Assembly: GCA_010093705.1 (NCBI GenBank)
Contig: MU006115.1
Coordinates: forward strand, 150,678-214,677
Reading direction: 5' to 3'
DNA: 64,000 bases
Source of the DNA: Patellaria atrata CBS 101060
Taxonomy: Eukaryota
Shown here: positions 52,469 through 64,000 of the stretch, one piece after another
Position numbering within the stretch: position 1 is the stretch's first letter
How the letters are laid out: every line of letters starts with the position of its first letter
Program-made: the position numbers and the translations under genes
Notes under the pieces: model-generated
What the model was told of the DNA's origin: nothing
Database searches by the model: none
The model's input: the letters and a program-made list of their open reading frames with translations, nothing else

Positions 52469-54304
52469 TTATGAAGCTTGGTTACCGCCACGACCACCAC
52501 GGGGGGTGGTGTTACCGCGACCGCCACGGGGAGTGAATCCTCCCCTGTTGCCATCCTTGTTGAAACCTCCCCTACCTTGATTGCCAGGACGGCCGTCGCC
52601 GCGACCGCGGGGCATTCCACCCCTCTGGTAAGAGTATGGTCCAGTGCGCAAACGGCGCTCCTCTACGAAGATTTGTTCGGTGCCGATTTGGTGGGGATTG
52701 GCTGCTACAGCAGCTTGAAAACCAGCAGGAGTTGCGAAGTCGACAAAGGCACAATTCTAGAACATCTGTTATTACACGGTCGAGATAGCATGGTTTTTCC
52801 CAACTTACCTTCTGTCGACTGATATCAAAATATGCCAACTCGCCGTGTTTCGACAACGCTGCTTTGAGCGTATCTCCGTCGACGCCTTCATGCACATTCT
52901 TGATATATGCCCTGGTGCCCTGATTCTCTTGAGGAGAGGGTTGTAGTTGAACACGTGATTGGCGCTTGTTGTGATCTGGACCAACAGATTGCCATCCGGC
53001 TGCGGAATCGGGTGTACCTGGTGAAGCATCACGCGCAGGTCCTGCGGGAATTGAAGTTGGATGAGATTGAGCTTCGGTCTGGACAGGAGGAGGTGCTTTG
53101 GTTTGTGCCGAGGGTTGCGAGTTTGTAGAACCAGGTTTGGGAGTAACTGGGGTGGCAACGCGATTAGCAGCAACGAGGTTGGCCCATGTCTTAGGCGCAG
53201 CTGGCTTGGGAGCTGGAGCAGGTGTTGCAACGGGAGCTGCAGGGGTTGATTCTGGTTCCTTAGGCTTTTCAGGTTGGGAAGTTTCCTGCTCAGCAGGCGG
53301 TTGGGTATTTTCAACACTTGGTTCAGGCTCCTTCGTAGGAATATCCTCCTCGGGAGCTTCTTCAGCTTCAGGCGCATCAACAGCTTCAGGGACAGGCGTT
53401 CCATTGATTTCGGCGGAAACGGCTGCAGTATCCTTAGCGGCAGCGTCTTCCTGCTCAATGAGCTCCTCCAACTCTTTGTCAACTACGGACGCATCATTTT
53501 CCTGTTCAGCGAGATCGGCCGAACTCGTGAGAGTCTCATGCGCAGTATCAGTAATGGTGGGCGCAGGCTCTTCATAACCACCAGCAAGGGCAGAATGCTG
53601 AGGGACTTCTTCGGGCTCAAGTTCGTCCTCCTCTTCAGTAAGGAAGCGGAAGATGTCGTTGAGAACGAAATATCCGTTAGTCTGTTCGGCAAGCACAAAT
53701 GTCTGCACGAACTTCCGATGAGGCGCAGATTTGTTGGACATTTGACCGATGACTTGGATAACAATATTCTGATCGGAGGCCTGAGAATCAACATTGGTGA
53801 CACGAACCTTGCATTCCTGGAACTCGAGTTCGCCTATTCGTTCCCTAATAGACTATAATTTAGTTAGTCATCTGCGTCAACAGAAATCCGTCAAGCCACA
53901 CACCTTCTGGCCAACGCAAACCGGCACCTTTTCCTCCTCAAGACCGTATACGAATTGCGAGCGTTTGTTGTAGAAGAGCTATCGAGAGTTATCAACTCAC
54001 GACCTTAATTTGTATTTAATTGCATCAGACTTACAAATAGCTTCTCGGGTTTGGTGCTCATGTTGGTGTAGTACTGCTCGACGAAGTACCAGGCGATCTC
54101 GGCTTTGGTAAGGGTAGGGGTACTGCTGTCACCATTGTTGCTGGAAGCTTGGTTGCTAGTCGGAGGAGTTGATTGATTATAAACGGCGGCGTTACTATTG
54201 TGTGTGGCGTGAGCGGAGAAGTTGTGTTGCTCGACACCGTATCCCGGAGATTGGTGTGTGCCATAGTTTCCATTAACAGGCAGGGAAGATGTCTCAGTTG
54301 CCAT
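52469..54304 (-). CDS. NTF2 + RRM + RGG protein (G3BP/Nxt3/Bre5-like); 4 exons
   Basis: IAWYFVEQYY, RKFVQTFVLAEQTNGYFVLNDIFRF, PKTWANL, AYIKNV...NCAFVDF and an RGG-rich tail. Confidence 0.9.
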
Positions 54305-55275
54305 GTTGATGTACCAAATGGAGATGTTGAAATGAGTTGATGCGAAGATGAGCTTGTACGATGATGCTTTGTGACTTGGCTAAGTCTGGGGAAATTCAGA
54401 GCAAGTTGTCTACCCGTTCTAGAGTTGAAACGCTAAGATTTAAGCAATCAGTATCTGTTAAATAAGATGAAACAAACGAATGGTCTTACAGAGAGTGAGG
54501 AGGCTGGATGGAAAAGGCGATATCAGTTTTATGAATTTTGTTGATGAACGTCGAAATTAATAGAAGGAGATTGGGAGGGGAATCGGGGGAAAGAAGAGAT
54601 GTTAGAGGGTCAACGGAATAGATTGAGTTGCGCGAAGCTGTAAGGGACTTTTGTGTAGAAAATGTAGCAATTCAAAGGCAATGGATATTTTGCGATGAGT
54701 CGCAGGACTGTTGTGGATGGCGAGAAAAGGTGGAGGAATTGGTTTTGACGAAGGCAACGGGGAGGCTCTACATGAGCGCATGGTCAATGCGGGCCAAGGG
54801 CCAAGGCGAAACGGGAGCCCAAAAGCCTTCGAACCGGTCGATTTATGATCCTTGTTTGTCACGTGCCCTCAAAATCAACGACATGCTATTTCAAACTCCC
54901 CATTTACTGTTGAGAATCCACTTTTGTAATGATTTTCGACGCTTGACCATGTTTACTCGTCCGAATATAGCTCAATTTAGCTAAGGGTTTTCTATCTTAG
55001 CATGAATATTCCAAAGGGTATCAACTGCTCCATACCCAGCCTTTCTCTCTACGCTAAGACCCTGCAAACACATGTCACACATCTAGCCATTTATCAATCT
55101 TTTTGTGCTAGCTGGAGCTCTAACGTAGTATTTCTTACTAACTCCTTAATATACTCCTCATTCACTAGGTATCAGGACGTGCTATAATATCTTACTTTAT
55201 CGTTAGATCGTAGTAGCTTTAACTAAAACCTTCTGCACGTCCGCGTCCGGTTACTAAGCGGCAGTTCCTTTCAAT

Positions 55276-57511
55276 ATGCCTATGTGTTATATCTGTCAGG
55301 ACCTCGATTTCAAAACTACAGAGATCACAACTAAAACTCATTTGTTGATAGATCGCGGAAAGCTCGCTATTAGCGCTCAAAATGGCTGTCATACATGTCA
55401 AGCACTCTACCAGGTTATCAAAAAAGACATCTGCGACTTTCAGGATGAAAGTATGTTAGACCTCCACGTTAATCGCGATGGTGGTATCTTTGTTGATGAT
55501 GGCTCCGGCATCAAATCGATTGTGTACACCGTTCGAGGTAGGTTTGTTACCCATTAATAATATTTCCTTCCTCATCATAATTCATCCCAATTGCAGGGCT
55601 GTTTCCGCTCAGAATATTGTATAATCATTTCAAAATCGGTTTCGTATTTGATCAATATGCGAGTTCCCGGTCACATATCCGGGTGTATTGCAAGCTATGA
55701 GTAGAATTATAGCAGGCACATCCATTTATTTACACACATTTCTTAACGATGCGAATATTGCACAGATATTACCCAATGGAAGTTAGCCTTGCATACCTCC
55801 TCTCGTGGCATGGAATTGAGTGATAACTTTTACAGGCGATAGTAACCGCTGGCCATGTTTTCGCGTTCTAAAATCCTCATACCTTAATTCCCCGTGCACA
55901 AATTCCAATAGGACTCTCCGAAGAGTCAAGCAATGGATTAAGAGATGCGAAGAAAAGCATGATGCCTGTGCCGAATTTGATTCGTACTATGTGCCAAAAC
56001 GTCTATTGGTGATCGGTTCAGCTCGTTTTGTCTATCTGCGCAACATGACTACCTGGAAATCTCCGGTGGAATATACTTGCCTCAGTTATTGCTGGGGCGA
56101 CTCTAGCTTGCAATCACTGAAAACAACGAAGGCAACTTTGAACTGCAATCTCGAATCAATAGACTGGGATGTTCTTCCGAAAACTATCCAAGATGCGCTT
56201 GACCTAACTTATCGCTTAGGGGTGAGATTTCTATGGGTTGATTCGCTTTGTATATTACAGGACGACATAGAGGATTGGCGAGATCAAGCAGCCGAAATGG
56301 CTGAAATATATTCGAATGCATACCTTACCATCGCTGCAGTTTCATCTTCCGACTCTAACGGTGGGCTATATAGAGTGGTGGAGGAGTGTATTACCATACC
56401 ACCCTCTACAGTTTCAGACAAGCCCTTTATATTACGTACGCGTCCAGAGGTTGAGCATCAAAAACAATCCATGAACGAGAAACCATTCAATTCCAAGGAA
56501 TCTCCCCTATGGACCCGAGCGTGGACATTTCAGGAAGAACGTTTGTCACGGAGATTAGTAGAGTTCCGGAGTCAGGAAGTGGCCTGGCGTTGTAGGACAG
56601 CCGGAACATGTGAGTGTGGACATGATCCTAAAAAAGCCAATGATCAAGGAGATTTCGACCGTCGAGGGAAGCCACACGTAATGAGCCCGCAAAACTTCAA
56701 TCTAGGGACCGTCAGCAGCTCGGATGAGATGACGTGGGAAATACTTGTTGAGGCTTATTCCAAGAGACAGATAACCTATCCAAATGACCGGTTCCCTGCT
56801 TTCTCCGGTATTGCTAAACAATATGAGCGAGAAATCAATGATCAATACATTGCTGGACTCTGGAGAAACACAATTTGGCGAAATCTGCTATGGACTGCAA
56901 TTGAACCTGGCCGCAGGATAGCGAAGTGGATAGCCCCATCTTGGTCCTGGGCATCTGTCACGAATCATGTCGACCACCTCATAGGATGGTCAAGCAATTT
57001 TAATTCCGAGTTTTGCAAATTACTAGACGTTCGATGCATACCAGCAGGGAAAGATCCTCGAGGCGAACTGCGAAGTGCGTATCTAAAACTATCTGGTCTG
57101 GTCGTTGAATTCAAAGCAGTGGGATTTGTTCAGACAAGAGATAGTAACGTGGCTATCCACGCGAACGGGCGTTTATATGAAGGTCGCGTATACGTTGATC
57201 CCGTCTTCGAGGACATCGACGGGGATATATGTAAGGTCGAGGGAGGAATTGGAAATCAGACCTGGCCTCTTCCATTTAGGGCGCACATGATCAAAATCGG
57301 AACGATATCTCGCTCATACTATAGGGAAGAATTTTCATTAATTCTAGAAAAACTCGAGTGTAAAGAAGCATTATTTCGCCGTATTGGGGTACTTGAAAGG
57401 CGAATAGTCGATTCTGAATTATACGAAAATGGGGAGGTTCCCGAAGAGGATGAAGAGTATATCTCATTCTACCTTGAGGCTCGGGATAGGAGGGAGATTA
57501 CAATTATTTGA
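55276..57511 (+). CDS. HET-domain protein (TOL-like); 2 exons
   Basis: N-terminal CxxC...GCHTC exon, intron ~55538..55835, then WIKRCEEKHDAC, PKRLL, YTCLSYCWG, LPKTIQDA, FLWVDSLCILQD, PLWTRAWTFQE and APSWSWAS. Confidence 0.9.
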
Positions 57512-58566
57512 AGATTTCGTGATAAAGGGTTCAATCCTACACAGCTTCCGATTTCCTCTAGGACTCCGTATAGCACACTATTTTTGTATCTTGAATCAAT
57601 GATCTATTCATCTCTTGTTCTTCGCTTCTATAATCACAAAAAAAAAAAAAAATTCCCCATTCTGTCCAATTATACCTCTTCTGTATTCCCAACGGTTTTA
57701 ATTCTCCCCCCTTCCTGTCACTGGTCTCACGGCAAGCTTCACATCACAACCACCGCCCAAAAGATAGCCAACCATGAGAAAATATCCGTCACATATTCCT
57801 TGGGTTTTGGACCTGATTATACCTACAAAACCTACTAATGGAACAATTGTGGAGGAAAACCATAACGATATCTAATGTTGTGTGGAAGTTCGAACTATTG
57901 TTTCCTGATTCCATATGCTAATGAAAGACTATACCGGTCGATACACTAATACTGTGATATAATTCCAAAAATATACTTAGCTGCTCATTGGTCTTAACCA
58001 CGGCCATAATTCATTTCTTGGAGTCTATCAGTTGTGAAGGCGGTCGACGATGTAGGTGCTCTGTTTGAACCTGATTGACTAGGTCCTGGCGTTCTGTCGA
58101 AGGGTCTGTGAACCTTTTCTGTAGAGTTAATGATAGGGGGAACTGGATGTACGCTTTTGGGTTGTTGAGATTATAAGAGACCGTCCCTCGGTAAAAGATA
58201 TGCTTGAAATTGAGACAGTATTCAAGCACATATAATGATGCTAACGCAAATTAAATGCTCGTAGGAAAAGGTGACAGAGACCTGACAGCTAATGTAGATA
58301 TTCCCCGTAAACCCATCGCAAAGGTCAAACGCAACAAACCATAAGAAAAAGGCCCAAGTCATAATCAGACACGAAGCACAAAAACTCCCGCACATTGATA
58401 TGACAAGGTATCAAAAAAAAACAGCTTCAGCTCCTAAAGAAAGCAGCCCAGAGATATTAGACCCAACGAACACTCTACAGATCCAGCCACTCTAAGCTTT
58501 TGGTCCTGGGGTATCCCCCTCTCCGGTTTCCGGTTTACGGTTTACAGTACGGAGTACATACGTCAT

Positions 58567-58977
58567 TCAAGACGCCGCCGTGACTTTTCTCGTGAACACG
58601 GCATCCTGCGAGCTCAGTCTCCTGCCGAGCGCCCTGTCTAACTTCGCTCCCAGCGCCAACTTGTTCATGTCGTCGTTCTTCTCGGTGCTCACGACGTATC
58701 GTTGCTGGGCCAGACGCTTGTCTTCGAGGCGGTCGAGACCCGCGTTCCAGGCTTTGATGTCGGCGCTGCGTGGGTCGAGAGAGGAAGTGGTAGAGGGTGC
58801 GATGGAGGGTGTGAGGGTGGGTGCATTGCTGTAGGTGGAGATGCGGGTGGAGGCGAGGTTTGCGGATTGGGTCTGGATGAAGGTGTTAGAGGATTGGGTG
58901 GTCGAGGGGGTTTATGGCAGAGTTGTGGGGGGAGAACGGGAGACGTGAGGTGTGGATCGGAGAATGCTTACAGTCAT
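58567..58977 (-). CDS. Small hypothetical protein, 103 aa, 2 exons (absent from ORF track)
   Basis: ATG ACT, intron 58971..58873 (GTAAGC...TCTAAC...CAG), then an open 306-nt exon ...LDRLEDKRLAQQRYVVSTEKNDDMNKLALGAKLDRALGRRLSSQDAVF...*, with C/G-ending codon bias. Confidence 0.8.
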
Positions 58978-60640
58978 GATTCCTCTGGTACCGTTACGTA
59001 GCGTTGAGGATTTGGGAGGAAGAGGTGTGGAGTCGGAGAATACTCGTGACGTATTTTGGTGTCGAGTTTTAAGGTCGTGGCTTCTCAAAGGGTGATTGAT
59101 GTTGTCCGATTGATATTATACAAAGAAGGGGTGCCACGCGAGAGGAATATCAGGAAGGAAGGGATGGCGATGTTCGAGTAGAAGAGTGGTGACGGTACGA
59201 GTGAGAAACACGGGCAGGTGTGACCGTGTGTGAGGCGAGGGAGCTGGAGATGCACACGCTTTGCCGATTACTTTGCGTTAGGTCGTGTTTCACAACTTGC
59301 TGCCGATCATCAAGGGGGAAGGCGCGGACGCAAGTATTTAAGTAACCCAGAACTAGCCGGTACAGTATGAAGGGGAACAGTTTGCTGTCAATATTTTTCA
59401 AGACAGCTATATATCCTTCACTATTCTTCCAGCCTACTTTCCTCCCGAGACGGACACTTCTACCGTTATGTACGAGCTGAAGAGAAAACCCAGGAGCGAT
59501 TTGGTGGCTATTGTTAGCTTCGAAAGGATCATGAGGTGAGGGTGGTGGCATAGGGTATTCCTCTACCGTCCTGCAAAAAAGACTGAAAAGCCCATGAATG
59601 CACTGCGCATGCTTTTCCACGCCAAAAACCCAGCAAGACGTTCGAAGATATCACCGTGATGCAGCCAATCTCGAATCATGCACGCTACTAACGCTATGAA
59701 GTATACAGGCTTAACAGAAACATAAGTGCTTCGTTACTACTGGCTTTTACCCATCGTAACGACGGGGTACAGTTCCTGACTGCAGTTCTGGACCCAAGGG
59801 TTACGAGGGCGAACGGAACCTTTCACGCCTTTTCATTCGCCTTCGAATCCCGCCGACATGCTCTCGATGCACAGGATGCACTCTCGCTCTGGCCCCGATG
59901 CACTTCGTTCGGATAGCCACGTTTTGGCGGCTTGTTGGCACGTTTTTCTGAATGCTCCCGGCCCTGCTCGGCTGAGCTTAATCGTTCCTCCATATCGAAA
60001 CTAGGAGTTCAGGACCGACCAATTTCTACTTGTCGCTCCTCTCTCGCTCTTGAATTACTGTAATCCTTTCTTATCTATTCGGAATCTTAAGTTATTATAG
60101 ATTTTCATTCTGAAAGTACCATCTTTGAGTGACGTGCGTTTGCTTCGTTCGACTGTCGATTTCATTGAGACACAACATGCTTCTGCTATTGTATTGCCAT
60201 TTGCACAAAGTTCCTTGAATCACCTTACCAGTCTCCGAGTGATAATACTTGTCTGACTGCAAGAATATAGATTCTTTATATCTACTAAATGGGTCCGGTA
60301 CTGTTGATCGGTACGCAATATCACGTACTACAAGTCACGTTGTGACTCATAGATCACTGAACGCTCGCTCTGAATATTATGGCCAACCATTTGATCTAGC
60401 ACCCTCTGAGATTGCGCGACAACGGAAGTTATTCTTTACTGTAAATGTGTGGAAATGTTTGATTCGATCATCTAAGAGTGTGGAATACTCTTCCTCGCCA
60501 ATCACAGGTCCTGAACTGGTTGCATGTGATCTTGATATTCACCCTCACAACATTAATTCCCTCCTCGCATTCACCTTTCAGTTAATGATTTTGTTTGTTG
60601 ATTTTTAGTACGTTATAGCAAAACCTTTTTTTCCAACCGC

Positions 60641-61960
60641 GTGCCCCCGTCATTACTCCCCTCTTACATCTCACCACACCCAACAATCATTCCTCTCTAT
60701 TGCGTCGCCAACATACCATTACATCTTAGACGCAAGCTGCTCTGTGGTGCCTTCACCACTTCTGTACGGAAATTCAAACGGTCAAAAACGGCCAAGTTAG
60801 ACGCTCTTCCAAACGAGCTGTGGTACCTCATATTCGAAAACCTCAGCCCAGACGACCTGTCGAATTTATGCCGAGTATCCAGGCGGTTCCGGGATCCATG
60901 CCAAAATATCCTCTTCCAGAATATACGCTTTGTTGAGGACTGGTAGCTGGGAAAATTACGAGCTTTCGTACGGACCGTCATCATTCGCAAGCCCAGCTTA
61001 GGATACCACGTTACCAAGCTCCACGTCGAAACCCTAGTAGACGACTCACACCCAGTTTGGTCAATCCTCGGAGAACCCCGTATGGGATCGTAGACAGTAG
61101 CGGACGCGGCTGCTGTTCGTACAAAGCTTACTCATTTGACTCGCGCTACGGACCAGAGCGCTCAAACTACCACTCAGACTTGAATTCAAGCAATTTCGAG
61201 TGGCCGAAGAGACGCTGTCCTATTTGTACTGCTCATGACCTTGCCAAATCTCCAGCGAGTTTTTCTCAACACATTCGACCCGCAAATGTACGATCAAGTA
61301 GTCCGGACCTGCCATGAACGCATGCTACCAAAGCTCAAGTCTATAATACCAATGGTCGAAGGCAGCTTCCTGAAGGTTACGGTACCCTCGGTGTCCTGGA
61401 GCCTTCTGCCAAAGATAGGGAGACTATGGGTGGAACAGCATAATCTGATCCGTGACGACTGTACGCTTGCCCACCACCTGACCCATATATCACCGATACG
61501 GTGTGGTGTACACGACCCAAATAGCTTATTAAGGAATGCGCACTGCGCAAAAGTGCTGGATCTACACAAGGTCAGGTTCTACCTCCCGCCGGGAGATCCG
61601 AGTAATGATCTCGACTCCCTACTAACGGTGGTATCCCCTACGCTGGAAACACTATGTCTCTTTGAAGTAGGGATTAATGATTCCTGGCCTGCCCCTGCTT
61701 CTCTGATCCAGTGCAAGGAACTCAAGAGTCTATCCATAGATGCTAGACTCCTTTGCGACCTAGAGAAGTTCGTTTGGGATATCCCAGACATGGTAGACTG
61801 GACTACGGCGTTGCCTCCCTCATTGGAGTCTCTGTACATATCGCATCCCTATTACATAGACTATCGTCTTCCCGAGTTGATTGCCTCTTTCTCATCCGCC
61901 AAGGTTCCCCGTGGGCTTCCCAATCTTTCGAATGTTCGTTTCGGAGTTGAGACAAGGTGA
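60641..61960 (+). pseudogene. F-box (LRR-like) pseudogene with three in-frame stops
   Basis: LDALPNELWYLIFENL...LCRVSRRF. The same frame continues through TAG 60944, TAG 61091 and TGA 61181 into ORF 61235..61960 (LPPSLESLYI). It may extend to ~62330 via an intron. Confidence 0.75.
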
Positions 61961-63484
61961 GTAAGCGATGAACATACATCATACTATCTTAGCAACGTAC
62001 ATATGCTAACAAACAAGTCCACACGTATGGACATGACGTGTAATCAGGTATAAATTCGACGGACCGGGTTTGGGATACCTTCTACGAAAGTCCATAGACG
62101 AATGAAACTTCCAGTGTACTCCTCAATTCTCTCCCACTCGCGTGAGAATCCCGCACTTAGTCACCCATCCAACGATGGGACAATCCCACAATACATTGCA
62201 AAGGATTCTTGCAGCTTGGAAACTTTCTCTGGACCCTGTCTCTTCTTCAGGGAAGAATTGACAATGTCCTACTCCAAAGTCCATCTGCATATTTGTGTAT
62301 CTTCGTTGGTGCTACAGATACAATAAGGCTCTAAACGAAGGAAACGTATACTTTGCAGCAGTACGAATTTACAACCCTTACACTACTTTAACTCTACTGG
62401 ACATTGTCTCTTCTTCTGAATAGAATTGGCGACGTCTAACTCCAAGGTCTATCTTGATGTCTTTGAGTCAGTCCATACGACAAGCCTTTCAACACATGGT
62501 GATGCAATATTCTGCGACAATGCAACTATAGTGTCACGATCCTGACACCGATGAAACTTTCACTGGACATCGTCTCTCTATAACTGAATTGGCGGGACCC
62601 CACTTCAGCAATGTCAATTCGCTTCCCTTATGCGATGCGTATTCCGGACTTTGAAGTGCATACTTTCGCCCAACTCATACCGATGTTCTCAAACTATCGT
62701 GCGAACTTTCCATGACAGCCCAACGCAGCTGTCTTATCCAGAGAACGAGTCAAACGTCTGTCCGGTCATCCAGCTGTGGTGTTCCCATATATATACAACA
62801 ACAAGGTCCTTACCCTCAGGTGATTCCATTGGCTGCTCACTCTATTGATATCAGCGTTGCGGTGGATCCGGACGGCAGCCGTTTACTTCAAGCTCACGAT
62901 GTCTTCTTCCCGTACAACATCACGCCCGAGTATCCTGGAGATACTTATTATTAGCTTATGTACGTCAGGCCCCCAAGTATTCTATACTCACTCCATATTC
63001 GCAGTGTACGACTAATCTATAGGACTTCACACTGTTCAAGTGCTAAGGCAATTGTGGGTGGGTACTCATAAATCAAGATTGAGTTTTGACTCAGAAATCT
63101 CGTGTACTAACATATCAAAAACCGTTAATCATTTGCGATTTCATAGACCAAGGAGAACAGATACTGGAGTTATGACAGTGTATTTCTGTACGAAGCAAAT
63201 CAGATGGAGATCTGAAGGTATGTAACACGTGATTTATGAAATCGTATAATTGATTGGTACCTTCCCGCTTGTGGATAGTTCTACTGTACTAGAACTAGGC
63301 GTATCTCAGCTTTGTAATACTTCAGCCTCACCGAAAACTTGTGATATACTTTTACGTTTGTAATTCTTTTCTTTCCACTCTGATTTCTTTCTTTCTGCCT
63401 TACTATCTTGTTTTCTCATATCTCAGAAACCTTAACTTTCATCACAAACGGTCTATTTAGCCATTCACGTCACTTTCAGAGAAT

Positions 63485-64000
63485 ATGCTGTGTCCACTTT
63501 GTCGCCACCGTGCAGCAGATCATATATCGAAAGAAGATATTTTCTATCAATTTTCCAAAAAAGCATGCCGAATCTGTTATACTTTGTTCTTTCTGACTCT
63601 CGAGTTCAACGGGGGTGTTCCATTTGGCGTAGGAACACTTGAAGTAAAGAGGATCCCCAACCGGGAACATCAATATGCTCATGAAACTTTGCGTCAAGAT
63701 TCTTTTGAAGGTCGAGAGTTCATCGTTGCTAACGCAGGTTCAAGTAAGTGAAGACTCTCAATGCGCCCTCCCCTTTTGTGAGCGGAATGATGTGCTATAA
63801 CATTAGCAGAATACGTTGATATTGGATAGCAATTATGCTCATATCTAAATATATCACAGGCGAGCTTACCAAAAGGGCGATATGGTCTTGTCCAACGAGG
63901 ATACCATTTGATGCGCGGTTCCCAGTACTTCGAGAATGGCTCACGCTCTGTGATAAGTTCGACAACATGGGCGATGGATACGATGCAGTCCGTTGTTATC
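63485..64000 (+). CDS. 5' part of a probable HET-domain gene, truncated by the window end
   Basis: MLCPLC...ACRIC exon, intron 63744..63859 (GTAAGT...CACAG), then an open frame with LREWLTLCD. Same layout as the 55276 gene; the HET core itself is not visible. Confidence 0.5.

Noticed and set aside
59800..59860. TTCGAATCCC T-loop-like motif with GGCGAA/TTCGCC hairpin
   Set aside because: No cloverleaf or A-box could be built; not called as tRNA.
62630..63000. Short overlapping ORFs
   Set aside because: No motif or splice structure that I can support.

Overview
Gene-dense genomic DNA from a filamentous ascomycete (Pezizomycotina). It has short GT-AG introns with CTAAC/CTGAC branch points, and I saw no prokaryotic features, rRNA, tRNA or CRISPR. 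About 27 loci are present. Housekeeping genes: SEC39, ferric reductase, URH1, ARP5, GOT1, IES6, DAD4, ARO4-type DAHP synthase, BBP/SF1, RPS3, YMR1, a septin-like GTPase and an NTF2-RRM protein. There is a divergent GH105 hydrolase/MFS transporter pair. Accessory content: a decayed Tc1/mariner transposon, four HET-type loci (one pseudogene, one cut by the window end) and three F-box loci (one pseudogene). The most striking signal is intron 3 of the branchpoint-binding protein gene, which is packed with branchpoint motifs and has only PTC-producing alternative outcomes, suggesting splicing autoregulation. Also notable: a 2-nt micro-exon required for the RPS3 reading frame, close linkage of ARP5 and IES6, and a 103-aa spliced gene absent from the ORF track. 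Gene names come from motif recognition by eye, not database searches; exon boundaries were read manually.
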